From Tubiluchus corallicola (lineage: Eukaryota; Animalia; Priapulida), in the NCBI GenBank assembly GCA_030141605.1, contig JAQGDQ010000290.1:186001-250000 (forward strand): DNA of 64,000 nucleotides, written 5' to 3'. Both the position numbers and the translations under genes were made by a program. The notes beneath the pieces were generated by a model that saw only the letters and a program-made list of their open reading frames with translations, was not told the DNA's origin and ran no database searches. Below, piece after piece: positions 26,393 through 50,760 of this stretch. Position 1 is the first letter of the stretch. Each line of letters begins with the position of its first letter.

Positions 26393-29300
26393 GTCACACG
26401 TATTGGTCTATCGCTCCGCCCCCTCTGCAACGTAAGCACGCTTAGCAGCATTCGGGACAACAGCAGGACTAAACAACATGACAGTCACAACTAATGTCTA
26501 ATCAGCAGATAAACTGAATGCACTTTTTCATAAACACAAATATGCAGAGCACAAGCTATTTTTAAACGAAATTAGCACTTCAAGTAGCCAAAAAATGACT
26601 TTTCAGTTTAAGCAGAATGTAGAGCGAGGTTTCAAACCACTACAAAATACGGAGACATAAGTACAATAAAGAAACTAAGTCAGTTAGCTTTGCTTTACAA
26701 TAAATGAGCAACAAAAATATTAAGTCTCCCTTGCTTATAAACATACGTACATCATTCATGCTTGAGATCATGTGCTCGTCTGCAAGATTTATTAAGTTTT
26801 TGTATTTTTCCCTTTGTCGGGCTATGGAAATGGAATAAATTTGACGGTTCCATTCCTTAGACGACCCTTATATTGAATGCCCGAGTCACATATGTCCCAA
26901 TGGCATCTTTTCACCATGATTATAACCAAAAAATAGCGTAGTACAATTAACTAATATTTCATTGATGCATAATATAAGTTTTGACCACATTTGAATTAAT
27001 TTTCACTGTGAAGGTCTCGTTGAGGTTGAGAAACTGACCAGAAAAGGAAACATTTTGTTTTGTCCTTATTTAAAGTTAATCACATAATTGTTTTTATCTA
27101 ACTTACAAAGCCATAGCCTAAACTAAACTGCGTATTTCATGATTGCAAAATGGTTTAATCAGCAACTTATAGAAAAGCATTGTGCATTTCCTCCTATAAA
27201 CGAAACTAGACTATAGATCGCCGCTGATTCACTTGCAATTTCAATTGACAATGATAAGATCTAGAACCAGGCCAATATTTCTCCCGCTAACTAATGAAAA
27301 GTTGAGCATTTTTCATGACAGTGTTAGACGGAGCTGTAGCTAAATGTCCTGAACGTACCTGCTGCAGGGGTGTGTGAAATAACTTGCACGCTGATTGGGC
27401 AGTCAACGAAAATGATTGACATTATGTTAGACGTCAGTTAAGAATATGTGGCTGCGGCTTAGGGCAAGAGAATATCATTTCATTTATGAATGTATTAATC
27501 CTGAAAACGTAGGATTATCCTGAATTACACTTTAGTTGTTTATCAAGTTTATTTAGTTGCAATCTGAAGCTTGCAGCAAAGACTGTTAAATGTTGCTTTG
27601 TTGCAAAATTGGTATACACACAAAGCTAGCTTCTGTTTGCTATTTGTGTAGGTAAAGTTTGCTGTTACATAGATAACTGTATCTGCTTAATGTACTGTAT
27701 TAGGCTGCAAAATTGTTGCGCTCATAATTTCATCGTTACAGTCAATAAATTACTACTACTATTGGGTCTCCTGTTGTAAACAGCTTCGGACGATAAGATG
27801 GCGACTAAGTGTTTTATTACATACTCAGCAAACATGGAGTTTGATTAATGAGTTTTCGAATATTTGGTCAGGTTCATATCTTAATTTGAGCTGTACCTTT
27901 CACTGTTAAGAAATTTCAGTCTAGGGGAGTTTTGCGAATGGATTCAGTTGTTTTAATTAATGATGATAAGTAAGCGTCAATTACGATTTACGGTTTCACA
28001 GAGCTTTTTACATTAAATAATTAGATGTAAATTACCAACTAAAGTACATTTTAACGATGAGTGAATGTGTTCAGTCGATAATTAGGCGAAAATTCTGTTC
28101 AAAATTTAGTAAAAGCAACTGAAATTTCATAGTTTGGTTTAATTCAGATAATCCACACATATAATTGTGTATTAGCCTGTTCTATTGTTTGAGATGATGT
28201 GTTTTACAAAAGAAATTTTGAATGTACATTGATTTAGAAACCAAGCTCCTAAATGGAATCAGTTAAATTGTTATTGGTCTAGTTTGATCACAATCTTATT
28301 TGACTAAATCATCTGATATCTTTATTGAAATATTGAATTTGTAAATTGAAAGCTGTATGCTGTTATTCAAATTCAGTTGCTTACATTTGTGAACAGAATA
28401 CGAAATTCAGTTAAAGGAGCAGTAAACACATTATTTGAGTTTTATTTAAAACAATGGAGTGCTCTGTTATTTACTTTTTATATTTCCTGTCATATATTGC
28501 AATATGGAGAGTCTAGGACACACCATGTCACATTAGTGTAAATTCAGAAGACTGCATTCCTTCACAGAATGGTTCAGGTTCATTAGAGTCAAACTTTTTA
28601 CAGTGGCAACTAGTCAACAGCAAGAATGAAATGTGCAACAGTTAAATACAATTCACGCATTTATTGTACAGTAAAATAACTATGTATACATAAATTATTG
28701 GTTTCTCATAAATTAATTTACATAAACATAATAGTGAATGAATAGTTCAAAATGATGCTGATGTGGCAGATTGGGTCTTAAAATAGGAATGCAAGGTCAG
28801 CTGGTAGCTAGTTCTTCGTGCTAATCTTCTTGTGAATCTTTATGTAGTAAAAATTAATGATAGATGTAAGCGGTGTTCTGTTCGTTTATTGAATAATGTG
28901 TAGTTCATTGTATGCTTGTTAGGTAAATTTCCAGGATACTTGGCATACTTAAAATTAAAAACTTGGAAAAATGTGTAAAGTGAATTACTTTAAACTACTT
29001 GAGTTCCAGCAAATGAAATAGTTTTATTAAAGAGCAAAAGTTGAATTTCAGTGAAGCCTAACATAATGTAGCTCTATGAAATCTCATATGAGTAGCTTGA
29101 CAGAATTAAGTGTGCCTGATTGCAAGAACTTTTGGCTTAAAGCCTTGAAAACAGATTCCTAATTTTGCTTATGCTTAATAAAAATATTTTGTCTCCAATT
29201 TAGGTCATTTTCTTAAGAGAAAGAACGAGTGTTGGTGAAGAGGATTATCAGCCAAGTCTCAAAAACTAACTCAACAGATTCATTTTCTCACTAGCATTCA

Positions 29301-30508
29301 ATGCAAGTGTGAACGCTTATTTAGATCACGATGTTACAAAGGCTGCAATACTTCAAAAATTTTATACTGCTCCCCAATTTTGTGTTTAGCAAGTACTTTT
29401 CAAATTTTTTATACGAATATTAGCGTTTTATTAATTTGTTGTCACTCTGTGATCAAAACTTCATTACTGTTGCAATTTCACCAGACCTACTTGTAAAATG
29501 AACAATTCCACAAAGTCAAATATAGTTACAATGCTCAAATCCAAAAAGCACTGCACCAAAGAAATAAAACAGAGAAGGCAGTCGACAAATGGTCCGCTGG
29601 AAGGAGTGTCTATAGTTTTCGAAAGGGGAAATGAAGTAAGAAGATATTAAACAAGTACTAAAATGACAATTCAGATCTTCTTTCAAATTCTCATTTCATC
29701 TGTTGTAGACATTAGAGTATTCCACCCACTCCTATCCGCAGCTAACGGCATAAGTTTTTCTGCTCCTGAAGCTACTGAATATCTTTATTTAACTTAGCTA
29801 TCTAAGATGCCTGTTGTTTGCAAGGTTTTCAGGATTCCTTTAAGGGAATTCTTAATGGTGTTTCATTTAAAAATCTTAGGTGTACTTTGCCATCTTAATA
29901 TTCAGAGCTTAATTTTTGAACTCCACGGAATTTCTTGATATTAGTAATGTATGCAAGTTGTATAAATCTTTAAAATGAAGATGCACTATTAATCACGGAA
30001 GCCATTACTCTGAAGATATGCCTGCTTATCAGCCCAGGGAGTTTATTTAATAAGTAACTTTCCACTGAAGTAAATAGCTACACGCATATTTGAAATCCAG
30101 CACACAAAAATGTGACAATTTCACACATTATAGAGGCAGAACATCTCCAAGCAACTGGAAATACAACAGCTGAAATTTGTTTAATTTCATGCACAACATT
30201 AGTTCCTCATTTCAACATGTTGATTCAAGTTATAAAATGCAAAAATGAACACTCACAATTTTTCACTCAACATGATCACCTGGTCACAAATCTGTGCTGC
30301 CAAGATTTGACCAATATCTACAAGTTTTTATACTTGTGCGTTTTTGAAAAGACAACTGCTATTTTCACAACAGCAGCAATCTCATGGACTTACTGTACCC
30401 ACACAGCTTTTTACACCACACTTCACTTTTATGTCCCTTAGTTTCATCACATACATTTTGGAGAATGCTTGCTGCCGACTCTTACAGCTTCTTCATTACA
30501 TTGGAAAC

Positions 30509-30803
30509 CACTGAGGCCGGACAGCAATGTGCCGTCACAATGGCGATGACTCCATGGGCTCCACTCCTGATTTGGAAGGTTTACTCCTCTTGGGTTGGGT
30601 CACTTGACCTCCTCCGCCCTCTAGCCGTTGGTTGCTTGTGCAGCTCCTCCGCCTAGTGTCGAGATACAGTGTGGGCATCCCGCAAGCCTACAGCACCTGG
30701 TATTCCTAGGCGGTCATCCATCCAAGTACTAACCAGGCTCTACGTTGCTTAACTTCGGTGATCAGACGAGAACCGGTGTTTTCAACATGATTTGGCCGCA
30801 GTA
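30509..30803 (-). mobile_element. 5S rRNA-headed SINE-like element (SINE3 type) with 34-bp flanking direct repeat
   Basis: 5S head plus about 175-nt body shared with 12345-12476. Flanked by ccgactcttaNagcttcttcattacattggaaac at 30475-30508 and 30804-30837. Confidence 0.75.
30684..30803 (-). rRNA. Full-length (120 nt) 5S rRNA-like sequence, probably the head of a SINE or a pseudogene
   Basis: Reverse complement reads TACTGCGGCCAAATCATGTTGAAAACACCGGTTCTCGTCTGATCACCGAAGTTAAGCAACG...TTAGTACTTGGATGGATGACCGCCTAGGAATACCAGGTGCTGTAGGCTT, matching metazoan 5S. No oligo-T terminator follows. Confidence 0.9.
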
Positions 30804-32428
30804 CCGACTCTTAAAGCTTCTTCATTACATTGGAAACTGCACCATCCCAGTCTAATACCAGTGAGAGTGAAGAGCAGAGTTTTTTCAAAGTGCTCTATCT
30901 CAATGAGTAATACTTGCTTGTGCTACGTCTCACTGATCACACTCGCAAAACCTGCAATTAAGACACTAAGAATTACTTTCATTGCTTAAAAAATCAGCGA
31001 GACCATTCACTACACTGAAACCTACTGTTCGCAAAAGCATTTACAATGGCGAAAAATCCTGCAAATACTACATGTAGGTGCAAGTAAATGTTGCATAACA
31101 AACTATGTATGATACACATTTCTGCTCACTAATCATGTTTAATTTCATCTAATTCAAAACATGTTTCCTGAATGGATTTTTTTCTGTATTTGGTTGACAA
31201 GTATTACATGAAATATTTACAGCACAAAAGAACACTCTTCATAAACAAAACCTAAAGAACTCGTCTTGAAATTACATACCATTCACATGCTGTCTTATTG
31301 CATAAAGGGCTTGCGTAAGCCGTAACACTGTATAAAACTTGTAGATTTAAAACCCCGCAATGACCGTTAGGTGCAGCTATTTTAATAATAAATCAATTCA
31401 AATAAGTTCAGATAACACTGCATAAAGTTTGGAAAATAATCAGAACATTTGCAGGGGCACACGTCACTAAGTAAGCAAAAGTTTAAATTAATTTATTTTG
31501 TCAGTATATCAATAATGCGTCTTTTGGCGAATCAGATATGCACCTGGGATGGCGATGCTGAACCGTTTTACCAGATGACACACACATTTTACATTATTAA
31601 CAATTTTCTTTTCAAGTTACATAAGTCTTTCAAGTAGGTAAACACAATGCTAAGCAAATATAACTTTGTATGAAAAATTCTAAAATTCTCTTTTTCTCCT
31701 TCACCTGAACAGATGACACTGTGCTGATGTTTTGCTTACAAGAAATTTTAGTTCTGTTCCACTTGACAATGATGAAATACAACTAGCTTTTTCTAAATCT
31801 TGGCATCATGCAATTAACTAGACAATTTCAGGGAACATCAGGCAACAGTTTATCAGACAAAAAATGTACAGAATTAAAAGTTAATTGAAAATAACATCAG
31901 ATGAGCGACAATCTATTTTAAACACTAATCATTAAATGCTTCATTTATCTGACTAAAATAAACTAACATGAACAATAATAGAAATAATTTGTTTGTTTGT
32001 CTGTAGTGTTGCCATATTTCAAAATTGAAGTTGTATGTATCTCTTGTTTTTTTGTACTGTATGTATTTTTGGCACTAATAAAATGTTATTGCATGAAGCT
32101 GCTATCTGGTGTTTTACCAATCATATAATCACTGAAAGTGGTGCTTGTCAAAAATGACAATTTGGGTGTACTGTATTGATGTATAAGTATCGATATGTAT
32201 TGATAAATACAAATGTCTTGAAACATCATAGGTTTATAAATTTTATAGGCTTTCTAACATAATTTTTTAACTAACTATTTTAAATAACAGCTTTTTAATG
32301 ACATACTGACATAATTTTAGAAAGAGTTATCTCATATGAAATAAATAACCTACCCTAAATATGTTTTGTAGCATCAAAGCATTGCACTGATGTCGTTAAA
32401 CAAACCACTTGAAAAAGCTTTAACTTAC

Positions 32429-32492
32429 CTGCTTAAACACTCATTAGATCAACAGGCATCATTTCCAGTATGTGGCTTGGTGACTGTGAGAC
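32429..32492 (-). other. Candidate non-coding 3'UTR exon B of the hnRNP gene (64 nt)
   Basis: atttgcag|GTCTCA acceptor and CAG|gtaagt donor; stops in all three frames; similar to exon A. Confidence 0.55.
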
Positions 32493-32800
32493 CTGCAAAT
32501 GAACACTAAATTAATCCCTGCATTATCTGACGTAAGACCAAAATGTTATTTGAAGCATAGAAAGTTTTAAAAGAAGCTTCTAATACAATACATTATTAAA
32601 TTCACAGCCTCCAACATCTGGAATAAAATAAGTGCCCAAGTAAAAATACACAGAACTATTTAGGGTTTCAAAAAGTACTTGAAAAGGACCATTTTTGATT
32701 CATACTTATAATACAATTTTAATGCTTCCATGTCTCATGCAGTCGCACTATATGGCCTCCAATCAATTATAATGCTATTTTAATATAGCTCTATGTAAAT

Positions 32801-33058
32801 TAAACATACACTGTGGTCGTTTCTTCTCCTATCCCTAATCTTTTCCATTCCACCGTCTCTACTAACCCTAACCATTCTTTCATTCACTCATTTCTGCCAC
32901 CCTAACAAGCGAAGTTTTCAAAGTGTCATACAGCAACTCTTTTATTTGGTTAATTTGCCTTCATCATCATTTTTTTACCTATACTGTTTTTTTTCAATAA
33001 TATTGTATGTTGACGTATTGTATATGTATTGTTGGAGTGAAATAAATTGATTGATTGA
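32801..33058 (+). mobile_element. Non-LTR retroelement 3' end; inverted copy at 54540-54819
   Basis: Ends aataaattgattgattga; near-identical reverse-complement copy in PIP4K intron 1. Confidence 0.75.
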
Positions 33059-33082
33059 AGAATACATAAAAAAATTATTTAC

Positions 33083-33147
33083 CTGTCCAAACGTCTACTG
33101 GGCCAGCAAGGCATTATTTTTAATCAGCTGATTGAAAGCTGGGAGAC
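33083..33147 (-). other. Candidate non-coding 3'UTR exon A of the hnRNP gene (65 nt)
   Basis: ctttttttgcag-type acceptor (ttttttgcag|GTCTCC) and CAG|gtaaat donor; stops in all three frames. Confidence 0.55.
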
Positions 33148-36100
33148 CTGCAAAAAAGAACTCTTTATATAAACTATATAAGATCAAGCAATATTTATTA
33201 CTTAACTTGAAAACAGATTTCTATCAGCCTGATCACCCCCAATAACAGTTCGATCCTTCACAGAGGAAATAAATGGCCGAAAGATTGTGTTATTTTTCCA
33301 AAACACATGTCTACTTTATTGCCTAGAGAGGACTCAGTTAGTTGCAATAATCAAAAGATACTAACCTTCACTGGCATAGTAACAAGCTTGCAACATTTTA
33401 CGATTCGGCCTTCTTAACATATCACAAACAAGAGTTATTTCCCCAGCCCCTTAACAAACAATAAAGTGGTTTCTAAAATGACATAATATCATTCGCAACT
33501 TTATGCGTAACTGAATACGACATTTAACCCATCTTAGACTAATATAATTCTCTTAACTATATCTAGATAAAGGTTAAAAATGTTACCTGGTTTATAATGC
33601 GCATTCTACGTAACTTTCTAACCAAACTTGCTTGCCTTAGCAAACACTATGCTTCATACGGTGTCTAACAACTGCGCATGATCAGAACTTAAGTAGCTGT
33701 TCTTCAAGAATTTCTCCCCTGTTGCGTAAGCTTCTCACTGTTTGGCCAGCATAGACAGAAATTTTAGCTACTTAAAAACTTCGTAACAATAGCAGATTAG
33801 CACTGCGCTGTAGCTACTTGGCTCGTCTTGGCATAGCATTTCTCACTTCGTAATAACAAGGTTTTACCACACACTATGTTTTTATTGAAATTACCTTAGT
33901 ATAGTGAAGAAATTACTACATCAACTTCATTAAATCATTCCCATTTCTACTACAAGTAATGTTAGCTTAACTGTGAGTACTTCATTGCTTGCACAGAAGT
34001 TAAACATTTCCACCTCTTACTAATTTTGCTTCACCAAAGCTAGTTTTTCTTAAGTGTACTGTATAAAAAAATCAGATATAAATAATGCTTATACGTCGCA
34101 CGATTAACATCTAATGATTCATTGCTGCCTTCTCCATATTATAACATCTTGCAGAACCACCTAACAAATGTACACTTGTCTTTAACAGATAAAACTGACT
34201 TATTAACTTTAATGAAAAGTTCAACTAACAAGACCTGAAATTAGCTTTAGGACAATATTACATTATTGCCTAAAAGTGATTGTATTACAAAGTAAATCAC
34301 TATTTTCCATAAACTGTTGTCAATCTAGATACACCAGCAACAAGAATTCGCCTGCCTAAACTCTCACAGCGACTAAAATGCTAATTTACATGCTGAAAGG
34401 AATAAAATAGTCTTTTTTGAAATCGAATTATTTTTAATTCAGTTTATTGTTGAAAATATCATGAAAGAAGAAGCATAAATAATGTTACACTTCACTAATT
34501 CTGTCAAGCAATAACTACCAAATTAACTCAGGTAAAGGTGATCCTCATGAATACAATTAACAGCATGGTAGGAAACTACAACACACTCTTAAACTTTTTA
34601 CAACACCTAGTGGAATTAAAATATAGCTTAATTAAGAATGAGTAATATGTACAACAAAGAATAAACTACATGCATACAATGCAATAAAAAGTCGTAATCT
34701 AATCAAATATACACTGGTTTCCACTTGCGCTAAATTACAATTCGTCCACATTTTGAACTTGCGTGTAAAACTATTTCACATCATTTTCACGTTTGTATTC
34801 TGAAGTGCTACCTCTTCACTGGCTTGGCTTAAGAAACTAACGGAACTTGAAGACAATAAGGCTTGAAAATCGTCTAACACAGGCATCTGCTTGCGAATTT
34901 CACCTCGTTTTTGCTGTTCTTCTCTCCTCCATAACTGATAAGTATTTACACTGCTTATCTCTGCTATGAAATCAAGCAAATTTATGTAGATGTAGACCAA
35001 CCACACTTCTTATATTTGTCTGTCACTGGCTAGAATTCTAGAATTCATTCCTGTAGTCTAAAGTATCTGTACTAGATTATTTCCTTGCAGCCTTATAATC
35101 TGTGCAGGTTTATTTGTGTGCTGCCTTAGCTTTCTTCACTGAACATGGACACTTTTAAACAAGATTCCTAAAAGAAATATATTCATTATTCACATACATT
35201 GGTGAGCTAAACAATTTTGAATAAATCTGTATCCAATTTGGACATCAGAATGTTTGACTGTCAAAAACATAAATACTAGACTGCCTAACTACAGCAACCT
35301 ATGCCCAAACATGCTACTGAGTGTTATTGCCGTGATGCTGATGATATTTTGTCAATACAAAATTAAGGTTGTTTATCTCAAGCTCTAACACCGGTTGACT
35401 TCACTGTGGGCATAGCTTACCTTTGTGATTAAGACAAAACTCAAAATATACTCAACTAAGCTCGGTGTCGAGAACATAAAAAGATGTATATAAGCACAAT
35501 GAAAATGATCAGTTTAGTGCAATAACGAGTGACTACAGATAAGAAAGGGGAAAATAAATTTGAACGTTTATCTAGACAGAACCTAGAACACTTGAAAGTA
35601 GGAAATAATTTGGACATAGGGAAAAAATTCAATGGAAAATATGGCAGGTTCATTTCAATCGACAGCAAGCAATTTAAAATTGATTTGAGTCACACACTCA
35701 CTCACACGCACACCCGCACACCACACACACTTAAAACTTTAGTAACTCCGAAGATTAGTACTTTCTAGTTGTTTATTGAACCTATTTAATATCTGCAAAC
35801 AGTGTTTCTCCCTGTTTAGTTACTTGAATGCAGCAAATAATGGTGTCTTTGATTTAAGTTCAAAAGATAGAATTTTAATAGCTCATGCAGTTTTTGATTC
35901 AGTTCAGCCCATTTTGACTTTAATAAAAAAATTAAAACCTGTAGAATTTTTCTTTAAGTGCCAAATTAATAAATCGTAAATCGTTCATATGATCATAAAA
36001 TCATTATAGGTTTTAAATTTTGAGTTTAGAAATCTCCAAAAAATACGAAATTCAGACAAATCCCCCATGAATCATTTATGTCGTGATCCGATTACAATAG

Positions 36101-36231
36101 TAGCTTCGTCAAAAAACCCCTTATTTTATATTTTATTAGACCTAGAGTATATAAAACTTTGATGCAAATTAAACCACCAAAACAAACTGCTACACAAATA
36201 TTTTTGCCTGCTTGAGGTGGTATGCTGAAAC

Positions 36232-36850
36232 ATTCAAGTCCTCGTTTAACGACGCCCCGTTTAGTGACGTATCGTTCTAACGATGTTGATCATTTGACAC
36301 CTTTTTTTCACTCAATGACGCATGTTTGCAATGTTCTCCTCCAAAAATGTACTAATAACCGTAAACATTATAATTATTATACACATTTTTGTTCTTCCCG
36401 ACTGCTGACTAAATGCCATCCGTTTATGTCGAGTAAGAACCTGCGAGCAAACTTTGTGGACGCAACCTGTTGCTATAGCAACCAGACTACGTATCTAGAT
36501 AAAATTCCCAAAGTCGCTCAGGGTTTGGCCTTGACTGTGCAGTGTTTATCATTTAACCGCTGCCTAGGCTTAAACGTTAACAAAAGAGAATCCGTTATAA
36601 CTAGGTAATGGTAGGTAAGATATACAGGTGGTTTCAGGCAAGTGGAAAGAAATTAATCAGCAGGAATGTGAGTGAAAACTCCTACAATGTTGAAGTTGCA
36701 TGATTTAACCAGCACCCATTTTTGCTCTGGAACTCATCTCGATTCTTTTACATTACTTTCTATGGAAGTCTTGGCTTCGTTTAACAACGTTTCGCTTAAC
36801 GTTGTATTTTGCTGGAATGCATTAGCATCGTTAAACGAGGACTTACTGTA
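36232..36850. mobile_element. Tc1/mariner-pogo-like MITE
   Basis: aagtcctcgtttaacgacg ... atcgttaaacgaggacttactgta inverted ends. Confidence 0.65.
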
Positions 36851-37427
36851 CAGCCTTGACAAAACTGCCTCCACTCAAAATGAACTTTTCTCGGCTCCAC
36901 TGCATTTTGTAATTAATGACCAAGAGTGCAAAGTAAGTTGCGGCCACTTAATTGTAGTCTACAGTAATTTACAGATTATTAGGCTAACTTGCGAAAAATT
37001 TTTAAATGATTATGCAGCCATTTCGTCAAAGTTCAAATGGAAGTTTATTTTAGGCTTTAGGACTTCAGAACGAATAACGAAAGTGCAGCCAATCTGGAGC
37101 AAACATGAAACTAAAGCTCTTAAAAACTGATATGAATGTTTATACTGTTCAAATTATTGTAATAATTTCCGTTTTTATTCTTAGAAAAACGGTAAAAAAA
37201 TGAGTTAAGTTTCGTTTTCTACTCGACTCAGAGATGTAAAAGTTTGGCAAAATAGTCTGGTACAAATGACGCTTATAACAAGTGATAAATAAAAAATACA
37301 CATTAAATTTCACATTATTTCACTTTTTTCAAATTAAGTCACCTCTAGGACCAACTGCTAAAAGTATGTCATCCAAAGCAGAAACTTACCTTTTAGATAA
37401 GATGGAAAAAGACTCGCTTGAAGCAGT

Positions 37428-48993
<11,566 letters not shown>

Positions 48994-49084
48994 TTTTGCT
49001 TCCGATTTAATAATTTTCTCCAGCTTCTCTAATCAACAAAACTGCAAAAACGAATATTTACGAGAACACAAAAGATGACTGACA

Positions 49085-49143
49085 AAGCGAAAAGAACGAA
49101 TCTCGCATATTCTCGGTTTTATATACCACGCCGAAGTCACGTG
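49085..49143 (-). promoter_or_regulatory. hnRNP core promoter: E-box, TATA box and TCT/5'TOP-like start
   Basis: CACGTG 49138-49143; TATATAAAA 49125-49117; TTC(+1)TTTTC with C at 49094, 31 nt downstream of the TATA and about 100 nt upstream of the ATG. Confidence 0.6.
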
Positions 49144-50723
49144 TTCTCGTCATTTCGGTCATTCGTCGCGACCACGCTATTGAATGCGCGGTGCATGTCT
49201 TTCATTGCCTGGGCAGTGAATAGTTGCCATAGCTTAAACATTAGCATTGCGGAGTATGCAACACTGTCATTTAAACTGTGCCCTTACTGGCTAGTGGCGG
49301 ACTGCCTTGACTGGCTGACATAACATAAGTTCAGGTCCTGTAATAACAAAATGTTCAGGTGCGATCAAACGGAGTGCTTCAACGATCTCCTCTTTGTCGG
49401 ATATATCCAAAGAGCTATCCCTTTGCTCTATAATGGGATGCGAGAAAATTTAACACAGTTTCCATACCGTATCACATTGACAATCCTTGTCTTCCTCCGA
49501 GGATGCTTCTCTATCAATCTTTCTCTTGTACTTTTCGGTCACCTCTTCTTGCTTGCTCAAACAAACTTCTGGTGTTGATAGAGTTGATGGCTTGATGCAT
49601 ATTTGTTTGTTTGTTGTTACATCTAGAATATTGTGTGACTCACTAATCACCCAGTAATCAGCAATGTAGTCAAGTCCCTCATTCCTAATAGTCTGAGTTG
49701 CCTTTCTTGCCAGAAATGCGACTGAATTACTGTAACAACAGTCTGCAGGCCTGCCTTTTGGCATGTTGGTATATGCTGTACTGATTTAGTTCAAAATAGT
49801 GATATATCCCACAAAACTGTTAAGGTACAGACAGAGTTTTGATTTAATTATCTTAAACAACTGCAGTCGAAATCATTGTTATTGTTAATCAAATTAGATA
49901 CCAGTGTAGTTGGCAGTGTCTTAATTAATACCATTTAATTGCAAAACACTTAATTATGAATTACCACTAATGTACAGAATTTGCATTGCACCATACATAT
50001 ACATATAATTATATAAACTCTATTGTTTTCCTCTATTTTTGCAAATATTTTTTTAGAATAATATTCATTGTAATTACATTTAACATCATAAATGAAATCA
50101 TATAGGCCTGTTCGCTATATTCATTTAGGTTTATATAGTCACATTTCAATTCTGTACTTTGTACGTCTGGCAAAAGCTTTGCAAAAATCGAGGAAAACAA
50201 TAAAGAGTTAAGGTTTATGAATATGCTTTTTGCTGATTAATTATAACAGTGGCACGTGAAAGGTGTATAGTAATTAGTCAAACTCGTAGTGCAGATGAGC
50301 ACAAAGGGGATAAAATGGAAATTTGCTGAAGATTCATGATATCGCCTATATCCTAGGTCTTAGTTATTATTACAAGTACAATGACATAATGCAATATCTT
50401 TTCTATGTAAGGAAGCAAGAAGTCTCCGTGTACTCTTCTCTTTTTCTGTTTCTCTTCGAGCCTTGTTCAACATCTTGTCATTGTATCTCTACAGCCTTGA
50501 GTTTGCAGTCTTCCAGTCTTTCTTGGAGTAAGCATTCTTGGCGCAGAAACTCTTGAGCCTTCTATAGATCTTGATAGACCTTATGTGACCATTTTCTTGT
50601 AATTTGAACCCAAGCTTTAACTCAAAATACCAAGTCTTTTCCCGTGTTTTCCAAATCAATGTTTGAGAAATTTGAGAAACAAGAACAGAAATGTATCAAA
50701 TGATCCCTCTCTTTCTCTTATGC

Positions 50724-50760
<37 letters not shown>

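Noticed and set aside
27790-28100. YY1-like AAGATGGCG motif and a C-box-like ATGATGA (possible promoter or snoRNA)
   Set aside because: Only a 16-codon ORF follows, and no properly placed D box or terminal stem was found.
30684-30803. Functional 5S rRNA gene
   Set aside because: Single copy, no oligo-T terminator, substitutions in the terminal stem, and embedded in a repeat with flanking duplication.
49323-49790. 104-aa minus ORF between hnRNP and PIP4K
   Set aside because: No recognisable domain or splice context; possibly a decayed element, but I cannot support a call.
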